A DNA stretch of 64,000 nucleotides from Sporopachydermia quercuum (lineage: Eukaryota): NCBI GenBank assembly GCA_001599295.1, contig BCGN01000002.1, forward strand, positions 186,001 to 250,000, given 5' to 3'. This document shows, in pieces, positions 1 through 10,663 of this stretch (positions are counted from its first letter, which is position 1; each line of letters begins with the position of its first letter). The translations under genes and the position numbers were made by a program. Below the pieces are notes generated by a model. It saw only the letters and a program-made list of their open reading frames with translations. It did no database searches and was not told the origin of the DNA.

Positions 1-693
1 ACGTATTCCCAGTCGATATCAACACCATCGGCACCGTATTGCTCTAGTACGTTTATAACGGAGTTTACAAAGCTTACTCGCTGGGGTTGTGAATTCAAAT
101 ATGCGCGGAAATGACGTCTGAATGACCATCCCCCGATAGACAGCATTGTTTTCAAATGCGGATACTTCCGTTTTGCTTGGAATAGCTGTTGAAAATTACA
201 ATCTTTTCCCATAGGTCCTTTTGTCGTTGTGGCTCCTAGGTCCCCCCAGAGGTCTGATAGAGCTAATTGTCCACTAGGAGCAATATCTAGGAACGCATAA
301 ATGAGATGAGTAATTTTGTCCAAAGGTAGATTTTTGATATGATGCTGTTTGTAGCGCATCCAGCTAGCATTTGTTAGTATTGTTGAATATGGTGGGATTC
401 TGAAGTCGAAATGAGAGAAAAGAATAGGAAGCAGCATGGGAGTTCGTGATGAACACTGGAAAAACGAATGTTACCCGTATGTATCTAACAGTGGAAATAC
501 AATATAGATAGTTGCACATATCAAAGGACGGGACAATTAGCATAAACTTCTCTGGTGGGTTTTCTGGCCCTTGACTATCTGCTTTTCTTCTAATCTCTTC
601 AACTTTTTCACATGATATTAAATCATTCACACAATCAGCTTAGTATACATACCCTCCATAGTAAACGACTTGTCTGTATTCCGTTTTTGACAT
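1..693 (-). CDS. GH18 chitinase (CTS2-like, no obvious signal peptide); exons 693..653 and 363..<1, runs off the window edge
   Basis: Manual translation after removing intron 364-652 gives MSKTEYRQVVYYGGWMRYKQHHIKNLPLDKITHLIYAFLDI...KTMLSIGGWS...GADGVDIDWEY, containing the GH18 SIGGW and DxxDxDxE motifs. Absent from the ORF track. Confidence 0.9.
364..652 (-). other. Spliceosomal intron (289 nt) in the chitinase gene
   Basis: Donor GTATGT at 652, branch point TACTAAC at ~379-373, acceptor TAG ending at 364. Splicing restores YYGG|W. Confidence 0.88.
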
Positions 694-2210
694 TGTTATT
701 GGGTAAAATCACTGATATGTCTTTACTTTGTTTCACTTGCAATTAATCGAAGCTCTGCTGATGACGGTGAGAGGGCGTGAAATAAGACAAATTGGCTCGT
801 CTTGAAATCCACCTGATGAAGGAAGAGAACTGCAAATACTTGCGAGGCAGTAAATGGCAACAACAACTTTGCTCTCAGAGGCAATACTATTGATTGGACA
901 GGACTTGTACAGCTGTGATCTGCTTACCAAGAATCAAGATGAACCTTGAAACAATCTTTTTATTCAGCAGTAACTGATTCAGAATTGCGAAACTACTAAA
1001 ATTGCTGTATTCTGTAAGATCAAGTTCGCTAGTGTTCCTATAAGTTATTACAGCAGTATTAGTTGGCAGACACAAGTTACCAGGTAGCCTACTTTCCAGC
1101 AATAGTTCAAGTGCTGGTAAATTACCCCCAGTTATTTACCGCTAACTGACCAAACTGATTGCTAACTGATAAATCAACAAAGAGCTACCTACCTAATAAA
1201 TTATTTATTCTACGAGTAATAAACAGATACAACTACCTAAAGCACCAATCACAATATTCTGTTGCCCTTTTGATTTACCGTTTAAGTAAGTTACACATAG
1301 CAATACTGGCAGTTCAATAGATCAAATCTCAAAGCAAAAAGGAAACCTAGAAGACACTGAAAAGCCAATATTGACGAGTATGTTTATGGGTNCCACTAGT
1401 AATAGGGAAAAAGAATAGGATGTCTTTATTGGCGAGCTTCTTTTGACCGTTGCGAAAATGAATACAAATGATATACTAAGCGAACACAGAAATCCNAAAA
1501 GACTGACACAGAAATAAGGGGAGTAGAGTTTTATATCAAATAGTTTATTTGTGGTTGGAGAACTTAATTTTGAGACATCAATAAGATCGATATAGCTTGT
1601 TTTGAGAGGTTGAGAATGTAGTATATAGGGTTGGAAACAAATTTAATGGTCAACGATATTAACAATTGCTTTGCGTTGTCATTTTAATAGGGAATTTTTT
1701 ATAAAAAATGCTTCTATTTCAAGCGCACATTGAGAGCTTCGATCATTTTTGTATGTTTTCAATGGCAAATAACGTTACAGTTAAGCTTAGTTATATTATT
1801 ATTCTATATTGAGCAAAACGTTAATTCTTCTTCATAAACTTAAAACTCTTCCCTCTACATAATTGCATTTCTCGATTCCTGTCACATTATCTTTATTTTC
1901 CTTTTCCTTTCTTTTCTATTTCTTTTGAATGTCTCTACTTTCCGTCTTTGCTTTTCCTTGTAATATATCTCACATTCTACTTCTCATTATCAAGTTACGG
2001 TTTTAGCTAGTAATAGAAGGCCGCTCGTAACCATCTGCAACTTATACACAGTTTCTACCTATGTCCTACGTCTACTGATGTTCCAATTATAAATCATGCA
2101 GTGATATATATTTACCTCAGTTCTCTGCTTCCCTGTTCCACTAACTATGAAAATTGTTTCCATCCCATTTATAGCGTCCAAAAACCATCGCGAACAGACC
2201 AATCACTTCC

Positions 2211-3281
2211 TCATCTAACAGGAAATGGCATAGCTCTATGTAATCTATGAACCAGTTCCAAATAATCAGGCTCATTTTCAGGCGTTAAAACACCATGACG
2301 AATATAGAAATCAATCAAGACTAGCGCACAGTTTGGTTTGAAGTGGCCAGCGAGCATTTCTTCTTGTATTTGCTTAAATTGCATTAAATAAAACTCTTCA
2401 ACTTCGCCATCAATTGGCGTAAGTTGCATACCATTCTGGAGCTCAAGATCATATATATACTCAACTTCTGGTTGCACTTTCACTTTATAGTTCGTACTGC
2501 TAAAACCAACATCTTCAAGAGATTTAATTGGCTCCTCTTGATATATATAGGAAACAACACCAACAGGTTTGGCATTTCTTTTAACATAATCTCCATGTAA
2601 ACCAGCTTCTTCATAACACTCTTTCAGTACTGTTTGAAAAATTCCCATTCCATCACCAATACCTCCGCCAACAGTATTATCAAGCATACAGGGAAACGTA
2701 GGCTTGTCAATTGACCTCCTTGGAATCCACAGTTTTGCCTTCTCAAAATCCTCAGGTTCTAATGTGTCAGGTATATAGCCATTGACGTGAACTCCATACA
2801 TGACAAAGCCCATCAGGGGAGCCACAGCTCTTTCGATCTGTAGATATGGTACTCTATTAGGTGCAAATACTGTATACTTTTCAAATCGCCATTCGGCATC
2901 GGCGCCAGCAACTCTATAATCTCGAATTCTATCGGCAAATTGGCCCAGAGCTTCATTTCTAGCTTCGTACGTAACCAAGCTAGGATGAATAGTCAATGTT
3001 TTACTGACTGTATCTATTATTAATGGAGGTATGTTACCCTCGCTAGGGGTAAAATAATCANCTTCATCTTCATATTCATCTGTGAGAATTGCGCTGAATT
3101 CATAAATTATCCGTGGAATAACATAACCAATAACAGTACTGAGATCGTGTGTATAAAATTTATACAACTTAGAGAGTTCTTCTGACTGTTCTACTTCTAA
3201 GTTACTATAAGCAGGGAATGTGTCGACAGAGTCGACAATCTCTTTAAGGCTGGAGAATTTTTTATTAGATTTTGGAGACAT
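2211..3281 (-). CDS. Nudix hydrolase, YJR142W-like (thiamine-pyrophosphokinase-related Nudix family)
   Basis: 356-aa ORF with YGVHVNGY, LWIPRRS, PTFPCMLDNTVGGG...ECYEEAGL (Nudix box variant), QPEVEYIYDL and FKPNCALV. Confidence 0.85.
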   Translation of the reverse strand: MSPKSNKKFSSLKEIVDSVDTFPAYSNLEVEQSEELSKLYKFYTHDLSTVIGYVIPRIIYEFSAILTDEYEDEXDYFTPSEGNIPPLIIDTVSKTLTIHPSLVTYEARNEALGQFADRIRDYRVAGADAEWRFEKYTVFAPNRVPYLQIERAVAPLMGFVMYGVHVNGYIPDTLEPEDFEKAKLWIPRRSIDKPTFPCMLDNTVGGGIGDGMGIFQTVLKECYEEAGLHGDYVKRNAKPVGVVSYIYQEEPIKSLEDVGFSSTNYKVKVQPEVEYIYDLELQNGMQLTPIDGEVEEFYLMQFKQIQEEMLAGHFKPNCALVLIDFYIRHGVLTPENEPDYLELVHRLHRAMPFPVR

Positions 3282-4524
3282 ATTTTGCAGATCGGTTCTA
3301 TTAATAGAATTATATTATGGCTCTGGTTATTTTTATGTTTTGGAGCTGCTGGAAGGTCAGCTCAATAGGAAGATTCTTAGCAATTGAGAATAAAATAAAA
3401 AGAGTAAATGAAGGGAAAACAGAGGGTAGGAAGACTGCAACGATTTTTGATGTTGGGAGGAAAACTTTAAAGTTACCGCATTGTCATGCGTGTATTATGC
3501 TCTTGGGATTAAAGTGAACTTTCTACAGGAATGGTGGAGGTGCTCTGTTGATGGTAGTTCAATAGAGGAATACGAAAGGAAGGTATTAGAAAAAAGTAGT
3601 TCTTGAAATTTTTGTTCAGATAGAGATAATTTCAACTGTTTCGTAATAAGCTGATTAGATCTAAATGAACAAATACTGGACAAATAGCAAATGAAGTAGC
3701 TGCTGATTTACATTTTAAGTTCACTATTTAGTGCAATGAAAGTATTGAACTTTAATTTAATAAAAAAAAGGGAAAACAGGAGATGACTTAGTAAACAAAA
3801 TATAGTTGATATTTACAAGAAAGAAACAACACTGGTATATATATCATGCATTTGATAACGTATTGTGCTGCAATAGTACTGGCTTCAAAGATACGTTTTA
3901 ATGATATTAAATGCGCCATAGCCACNGTTGTAATTACCTTCATTAGAGTTCATAACCTTAAATTAAAACCGATTGAGTTAGTCACAACTTAATCTTTTCT
4001 CCTTCTATCTTTAACGAGAGTTTCAAGTAAATCTTCTATTTGTATCTACTATAATAGCAAAAAATTANATATTCATTATAAATTCCCTATTTGGTGCATC
4101 TATGCTGAAACCACTAGTGATATTTTGTCACTTTTTTTTATGTATGAATCTTTCTTAACTACACCTCAAAATCAACTGTTATTCAAATAAAGTTCCAAAC
4201 TTACTTTAAGCACAACGTCTTTTTACAACCTCTGATAGATACTAGATGGCTATCCTAAAGATATATTAATGATGAACCCGGAAATGATATCTTTACCATA
4301 TCCATCATTTCCGAGATATCCTTATCCTTAATATTTTTTTCTCTTCCTTTCTTTCCTTCCGAAATATATATTGTTGAGCTAGTTTTCCCACTACCCCGAC
4401 AGTTCTTTTCTTCCGAGCATTTAACATCACAAACCCAATAAAATCCTATTATAGTCTCAGATATTTGACGGGAGATCGATTGTACTTAGCAAGAACTGAA
4501 GCCAGTCGCCTATTTATTCCTTTC

Positions 4525-5042
4525 ATGTCTCGACGCCATCCTGACTTAGTTCCGTGTTTAAAGCAACCGGGAATCACGATCGGCAAATTATGTGAGAAAT
4601 GCGACGGGAAATGTCCTGTGTGTGACAGTTTGGTGAACGCTAAATCGATTGTTCGGATATGCGATGAATGCGCCTTCGGCAAAGCTGGGGAGAAATGTAT
4701 ACTTTGTGGAGGAGAGGTATGTTGAATTTTGGAAACCGTTGGATTTTTAGGGTTGGAAGTTGTAGCTGTGAAACCGGAGAACTTAGGAAGAGGGTCAACC
4801 GAGATTTAAAGTCTCTGGAACGTATTTTAATGTTCAGAGTGTCCGAAAAGGCTTACTTGAAGTTTTCTAGTATATGTACTAACAATAGCTGGTATTTACT
4901 ACAGGGAGTTTCCGATGCACATTATTGCTATGAATGTGTTCGGACCGAGAAAGACCGAGATGGGTGTCCGAAGATCATAAATATCCCGTCATCTCGGAGT
5001 GATTTGTTCTATGAGAAGCGGAAGAACAATGGGTTTCGGTGA
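4525..5042 (+). CDS. RDS3: PHF5A/Rds3 SF3b splicing factor; exons 4525..4716 and 4905..5042
   Basis: [35 protein letters not shown]...[33 protein letters not shown], joined by removing intron 4717-4904. Confidence 0.95.
4717..4904 (+). other. Spliceosomal intron (188 nt) in RDS3
   Basis: GTATGT at 4717, TACTAAC at 4877-4883, CAG at 4902-4904; phase 0, joins two overlapping ORFs into the PHF5A sequence. Confidence 0.92.
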
Positions 5043-5227
5043 AGGAAAGCGGAAATGATGGGTTGGAAGTACAAGAAATATGTAAATAAGAGTAACGTGG
5101 GAACTAATATCTGAAACAATAACGGAATAAGTAACGGAAACCAAAGCGAGGAATCTCGGAATTAATGTAATTCATCATAAACATGTATCATTTACTACGT
5201 AAATCACTATATAGAGTAATTCGTTCA

Positions 5228-8200
5228 TTAGCTCATTCTTTCTCTGCTATCCAGTAGCAGATTCCGGTTTCCTCCGTCGTTAGGAACTCGGCTCGGCTTT
5301 GAATCGGATTTAATCGGCGATACATTATTCGAGTCCATCCGAGTTTCTGCCGTAACGAATCGCTGTAATGATGTAGCTGGTGATGACGTGATCGTTAAAG
5401 GTGTTTCATTTATGGATTGGCAAAATTTTGAGTTCTTGGGGCTATTTCCTTTTGTGGGGGTCAATTCGGAAGAGTTCGGAATAAGATTAGGTTGAAGTAT
5501 ATGTATATCTTCCGCACCACAAAAGTAATCGGCTCCAGAACCAGAAGATGAACCAGAAGCTGAGGCTTTCCGAATATTTGGTTCTCTCATAGGTGATTTT
5601 TGAATAGTGGCAACGGAAGTGAAATACCGAGTTAAATCTTCAATCGGGTCCTCTTCCGATCCGGCTTCATTTTCGGACTCGCAGTCGGACTCAGGATCTG
5701 CTTCCGAGATTTCCTCTGNTATCTGTTCCGATATCTCAGAGTTGCTTAGATCTGCATTCTCCGTTTTCTCTTTATTCTCTTCGTCATTAACGTTATTTAT
5801 TTCTTCAGCTTGCGTTTGTTCCTCCTGAATCAACCCATAATCATCCGACGGTCGGGCAATAAATATATCAAACTCACAACACATGTAATTCAAGTACGCC
5901 GTAAGTCGGAATAACTTAAACCATAGCGGACACAGTCGGAGCCCTAATTGTTCCGCTGCCGAGACGATTGCCGTTTGTGTCTTAGAACTAAATGGGACAA
6001 GTATATGCAACTTCCGAGCTTCCGATATTTCATTAGCAAGAATCTTTTCCGTTTTCTCCCTATTATTAGTTAACTGCTCAATATGGGTAGATAGCCGAGC
6101 TTTGGTAGTAGCTAATTTGACTTCAAACGGATCATCACCTGCGGAAAATGTCTGTGAATCGGAAGATAACGCTTCAATAAAGTGGTTCATTGCCGCAATA
6201 TAGTTTATTAGTTTGCACCACCCTAAGATTTCTATTTCTGGCGAAGGGGCAGAAACGTCGGGACTCAAGGAAAATACTGGAGAATCTCGGGTTTTGAGGA
6301 AATGAGAGATCCCGTTTTTGTCAATGAGGACAAAACAGTTGTGTTCCGAGTTTTTCCGTGGTCGTAGACATAACATCCCGTTTGTGGGGATTGAGAAAAC
6401 AGGAGAAAATCCATCAATAGGATTCAATACGATGTTTGTTATTTTTGGCAGGGAAGTATTTTCTGTACTATAAGTATCTGACAAGTCTTCAGGAATATTA
6501 AAGTTATTTGCCATGTTTTCTGTTTTCCCTTCATTATCGTGTGGTAATATCTGTATTGTTTCCGCTATTGTTTCCTGAGCTTCCGATTCTAATTTTTGTT
6601 CGACAATACTGATGTCTGGAACTAAAGCTGTGAATTTGGCCTCATCAGTAAGTTTTTCCGTTATGACTTCCGCTTTTCCTTCAGAATGCAAAATATTTAC
6701 ACCTTGCTCAGGTTGTGCTTCCGATATATCCGTAAGTCTACTTCCACTCTCTATTTCAGTTTCGAGTATCTTTTCCGCTTTCATTTCGGTTCTTTCACCT
6801 GCTTGGGCTTCCGATTTCTTCCGAGCTATCAGATCGCATTCCTGATTTATCCGGACTATTACTGACATATCTTTAACTAAATACACGTGATCAAAACACA
6901 CTATAATTCCATATTGTCTCCATTTAAACCTTCCTGAGCGGAGTCTTTTATTTTCTCGACGATATAAAACTCCCGTTCTCACTACTTTCAATCGTATTAG
7001 CTTTTCATCGGAAACTACCGGATGAGAAATCGGTAAAATAGCTGAGACTTCCCCCGAACCTGTTCGAAGATTTAAAGTTTCTGTTTCTAATAGTGGATTA
7101 AACNTTGGTAGAGGTTTTGAGGTAGAAAACCGGAAGGGAATTAGCGGGGAGTGGATGATTTTATCCCGAAACGTTCCAAAGTCCTCATCAGCTCCGGTGT
7201 CGGTTTCATCTATCCCTAAATCATACTGGGGCTCAATCGGTAACTTGGTAGTTAAATCCGGTCGAAGTGAACTGAGCTCCTCGGACATGATTACTTCATA
7301 CGGATCAACCCAATCACGTGATAACGGCCAAGAGATCAAAGCCGAGGCTTTTCGACCCCATGTGGCACTTGAACCGAACCCATAGCCCGATGAGCCGGAA
7401 GCTGAACCAGTACCGCTAATTTCATGTGAAATTTCATCTTGACCGCTTTCATGTTTCGCTCTGACAAATGGTTTTATGATTACATTATCATAAAAACATT
7501 CAAGCATACATTTATTGACAAACTCTGATTGTGTTCCTAAACCTAATTTCACGTTCCGAACATATGCTTGTTTAGTGATTTTAGTCTTATTGTTCGGATT
7601 AAACCAATCGGTATGCAGCATCAGTAAGCTGAACGTTACTAGATGGGCATCACTTTCCGAGGCAAATATACCAGGATTACATTCAACGTATCTTTCGGAT
7701 AAACTTTCAAGGACTAAATCGATTTGTTGAGTTTCCTTCGGTAAATTTGCCCAAAGGAGAAATTTCCTCAGCGAAATATCCAACGGTTCATCCATGAAGT
7801 CAAAGAGCTGAAGGTAAAGCTGGAGACATTTTTTGATGAAAAGGGCATCTGAAGATTTAAAAACCATGGATAACTGATGCGTTCCATGCAAATCTTGCAT
7901 AACTTGCATATACTGTGCAGGAGATTGTGAAGGAGAGGGAGGGGGAAGAACTGAGCCAGAGTGCGAAGTTTCGGCCTTGCAACTTCTCCGAATTGGGTTG
8001 GCCGCCTGATCTTTATCCGAGGATGTCATTAACAGATTTCCTAATGAGGAAAGCATTCGGTTATTCTTAATCTTGCGGTCCTGGTCTAGAGATCCTACTG
8101 TTCGACTTCTCCGGCGGTTTCCGGGACTGGAAACGGTGAAGGCAGGCATTTTTTTCTTATCGGGCGAAGTCGGAGACGGCAAGGAATCACATCGGAGCAA

Positions 8201-9706
8201 TACTTCCTGTTCTAAAGGTTCCGAGACTGCTATAGATGGCCGAGGAGATGCCTTGTTGGGCGTGACCGAATTGTTCCGAAGGGCGTTAGGTTCACACTTA
8301 TTGTCCATTATCTCGCCGGGATCCGAGAGATCTCCATCATCTTCCCCGATATCGGATGACGTGGTCCGAAAAATAACCGGCAGGGATAAATCGGTATCGG
8401 AGGACGTAAACAACGAGAGTGTCCGTCGTTTGAGTTTTTGTAAGGGATTCAATGGACCAGAATTGTTCCATGCAGAGGATATAGAAGAGGATGATTTGAT
8501 CCGACGGTTCACGGGTTTTATATTAGGTTTGCTTGGCTCTGTCTCTACCCGGTTTGGTTCCTCAAACGTGATTGAAGGCACCCGATTAGAGTTATTCCGA
8601 TCGCGCATTCTAGTCATGGGTAAAGACAGTTGATCCAGTAGCGCGTCTTGTTCCTGGTCTGGTTTCATCCTTGTTCCGTTATACCCGATTGAGTAAGTTT
8701 GCGAACGAGGGCGCAGAGATGGGATGCTTCCGGGTGAAAATGGGATCACGTTTGAGTTTGATTCCCGATACGGAGTAAAATAGTCTTCCGAAAGCTCTAA
8801 ATTAGGCGAGTCCATGGGTGAATTCGGGACTGAAACAGCTGTAATTGGGTTATTTCTAGAGTTTCGCGACGGCCTGGATGCCTGGGATGTAGATCTTTTC
8901 CTCAATTCGGACGAAATCGAGAATTGTCGGCCTTTCCGATTCAACCGCTGTAAAATACCAATGGAAGATGAGTTATTGGATAATCCTGTATATGGTGAAG
9001 GATCAAGCCGAAGTTTATTGAAAAATCCGGATCGGCTTGTTCTGAGAGCTCCCGAAGAAGGTAATGCCGAGTTTCCTGGAGGTAAAGCCGAGCTTGCCGA
9101 ATTTGTTGAGTTCCCCATAACATCCTCGTTAGGAATAGGGTTTCGGCCTAAGTTCGGATCGGAACTATCATTAGGAATAACAGAATCTTCCGATTCTTTC
9201 CGACCATTCCGTTTCATTCCAAATGGCCGAAGGTTAAACCCTATTGACGACACAGACGTAGATGAGCCACTAAAATTGGAATTATTGGTACTAGACCCTA
9301 AACTAAGAATATTTGGCTGGTCTCTTTCCTGTTCGGGTTCGGGTTCCGTTTGTTTGGAGTCGCTCGTCTCAGATGCAATCGGAGGTTCAGAGGACTTTCT
9401 CCGAGATTTCCCAAATCCGAAAATTTTATAATTACCCCGCTTTGCAGTATCTGCTGTTTGTGGTAATTCCAGTAAATTGCGATCTATTGTTATTTCTACA
9501 CTATCAGTAATATCTGATTCCGAATGTTGCGAACTTCGGGATTTCTCAGACCCGAAGTTTTCCGTGGAATGTCCCATAACTCCATTTATCCCCACATCAA
9601 GTTCCGGTTTCTCTTCCGGTTCCGTCTCCGTTCCCGCAATTGAGGCCGTTCCTGAATGACCCAAAGATTTGGATCTCTTCCGAAGTCCCAATGATAGTAC
9701 CGGCAT
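5228..9706 (-). CDS. SYT1: Arf guanine nucleotide exchange factor, Sec7 domain plus PH-like domain
   Basis: Sec7 motifs FDFMDEPLDISLRKFL, LPKETQQIDLVLE and FSLLMLHTDWFNPNNKTKITK; long Ser-rich N-terminus; lies between RDS3 and YPR097W as in S. cerevisiae. First ATG is at 9706 (the ORF track starts at GTG 9727). Confidence 0.85.
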   Translation of the reverse strand: MPVLSLGLRKRSKSLGHSGTASIAGTETEPEEKPELDVGINGVMGHSTENFGSEKSRSSQHSESDITDSVEITIDRNLLELPQTADTAKRGNYKIFGFGKSRRKSSEPPIASETSDSKQTEPEPEQERDQPNILSLGSSTNNSNFSGSSTSVSSIGFNLRPFGMKRNGRKESEDSVIPNDSSDPNLGRNPIPNEDVMGNSTNSASSALPPGNSALPSSGALRTSRSGFFNKLRLDPSPYTGLSNNSSSIGILQRLNRKGRQFSISSELRKRSTSQASRPSRNSRNNPITAVSVPNSPMDSPNLELSEDYFTPYRESNSNVIPFSPGSIPSLRPRSQTYSIGYNGTRMKPDQEQDALLDQLSLPMTRMRDRNNSNRVPSITFEEPNRVETEPSKPNIKPVNRRIKSSSSISSAWNNSGPLNPLQKLKRRTLSLFTSSDTDLSLPVIFRTTSSDIGEDDGDLSDPGEIMDNKCEPNALRNNSVTPNKASPRPSIAVSEPLEQEVLLRCDSLPSPTSPDKKKMPAFTVSSPGNRRRSRTVGSLDQDRKIKNNRMLSSLGNLLMTSSDKDQAANPIRRSCKAETSHSGSVLPPPSPSQSPAQYMQVMQDLHGTHQLSMVFKSSDALFIKKCLQLYLQLFDFMDEPLDISLRKFLLWANLPKETQQIDLVLESLSERYVECNPGIFASESDAHLVTFSLLMLHTDWFNPNNKTKITKQAYVRNVKLGLGTQSEFVNKCMLECFYDNVIIKPFVRAKHESGQDEISHEISGTGSASGSSGYGFGSSATWGRKASALISWPLSRDWVDPYEVIMSEELSSLRPDLTTKLPIEPQYDLGIDETDTGADEDFGTFRDKIIHSPLIPFRFSTSKPLPXFNPLLETETLNLRTGSGEVSAILPISHPVVSDEKLIRLKVVRTGVLYRRENKRLRSGRFKWRQYGIIVCFDHVYLVKDMSVIVRINQECDLIARKKSEAQAGERTEMKAEKILETEIESGSRLTDISEAQPEQGVNILHSEGKAEVITEKLTDEAKFTALVPDISIVEQKLESEAQETIAETIQILPHDNEGKTENMANNFNIPEDLSDTYSTENTSLPKITNIVLNPIDGFSPVFSIPTNGMLCLRPRKNSEHNCFVLIDKNGISHFLKTRDSPVFSLSPDVSAPSPEIEILGWCKLINYIAAMNHFIEALSSDSQTFSAGDDPFEVKLATTKARLSTHIEQLTNNREKTEKILANEISEARKLHILVPFSSKTQTAIVSAAEQLGLRLCPLWFKLFRLTAYLNYMCCEFDIFIARPSDDYGLIQEEQTQAEEINNVNDEENKEKTENADLSNSEISEQIXEEISEADPESDCESENEAGSEEDPIEDLTRYFTSVATIQKSPMREPNIRKASASGSSSGSGADYFCGAEDIHILQPNLIPNSSELTPTKGNSPKNSKFCQSINETPLTITSSPATSLQRFVTAETRMDSNNVSPIKSDSKPSRVPNDGGNRNLLLDSRERMS

Positions 9707-10663
9707 TATACCTAAATGGGAAATCACTAGATCATTGATTTAAGCTTCCAAGATGTACCAACCTAAACTGTTCCGAGATTCTCCGAGATCTTTTCCGTTC
9801 TATACTCTTTCTCCATCGACCACGACCACGATCAATGGTTCAATTACTATGCAAATGACGTTGGGGTCAACGATACACAAATTATAACACCAGAGTCTTC
9901 TCACAGTTAGGACTTCGACAAAAAACAGCGAGACTTAATAATCAACTCAAGTGATAGTGTCTTCTCCATTATTTATCGCTGATTGTTGGCAAATTTCCGT
10001 TAATATTGCGTGAAAGAGTTGATAAACGCTGTGCCAGGTGTTCAGTGAAGGAAGAAAAATCATGGTTTCCGAAATATTTGAGGGGTTGAGAATATAATAT
10101 CCGGTTTGTCTCGGTTCGGTTTCCGGACTGATGATGAAAGGGATGGTTTTGAAGACTAATACAGTTTATGGTTTGCACTAAAATCAAATATAGTTAGAGT
10201 TTAGTAAACTTTATTTTAAAGTCGAAACCTTATATCTTGGTTCGTGTCGCAAAAAATTAATTGTAAGGGAGGAAGTCTTCTTTCTTCTCTTTGTGTGATA
10301 TCAATTGGTATTCATCAGCAAGTATAATGGATTAGGAACAGAAGAAGGAATGAATGTTTGTTTAGAATAAATAAACACGGAACGGAAGAACTCGGAAAGG
10401 TCGGCTCTTTGGTTTTTGTATTGAAGTTGTCTAAATTGGGATTATATCTGAATTGTTAGCAGTTTGTCCTTTCTGAAGGCAAATAACTATTGAAAAGTAA
10501 TTTTGGTAGATCGGGGAAGACGGTGATTATTACTGAAATAGCATCGGTAGGGAAGCTAGCAAAAGATACATTTCCGATTTTTTGGGGCGGAGCGGAACCG
10601 ATTCTCTAGTTGATTTATTTTGTTACACTTTTGGCAATCTGATTCACACATAATATCAGCGGA

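Noticed and set aside
364..630. 88-aa ORF
   Set aside because: Lies entirely within the chitinase intron; its stop is the splice acceptor.
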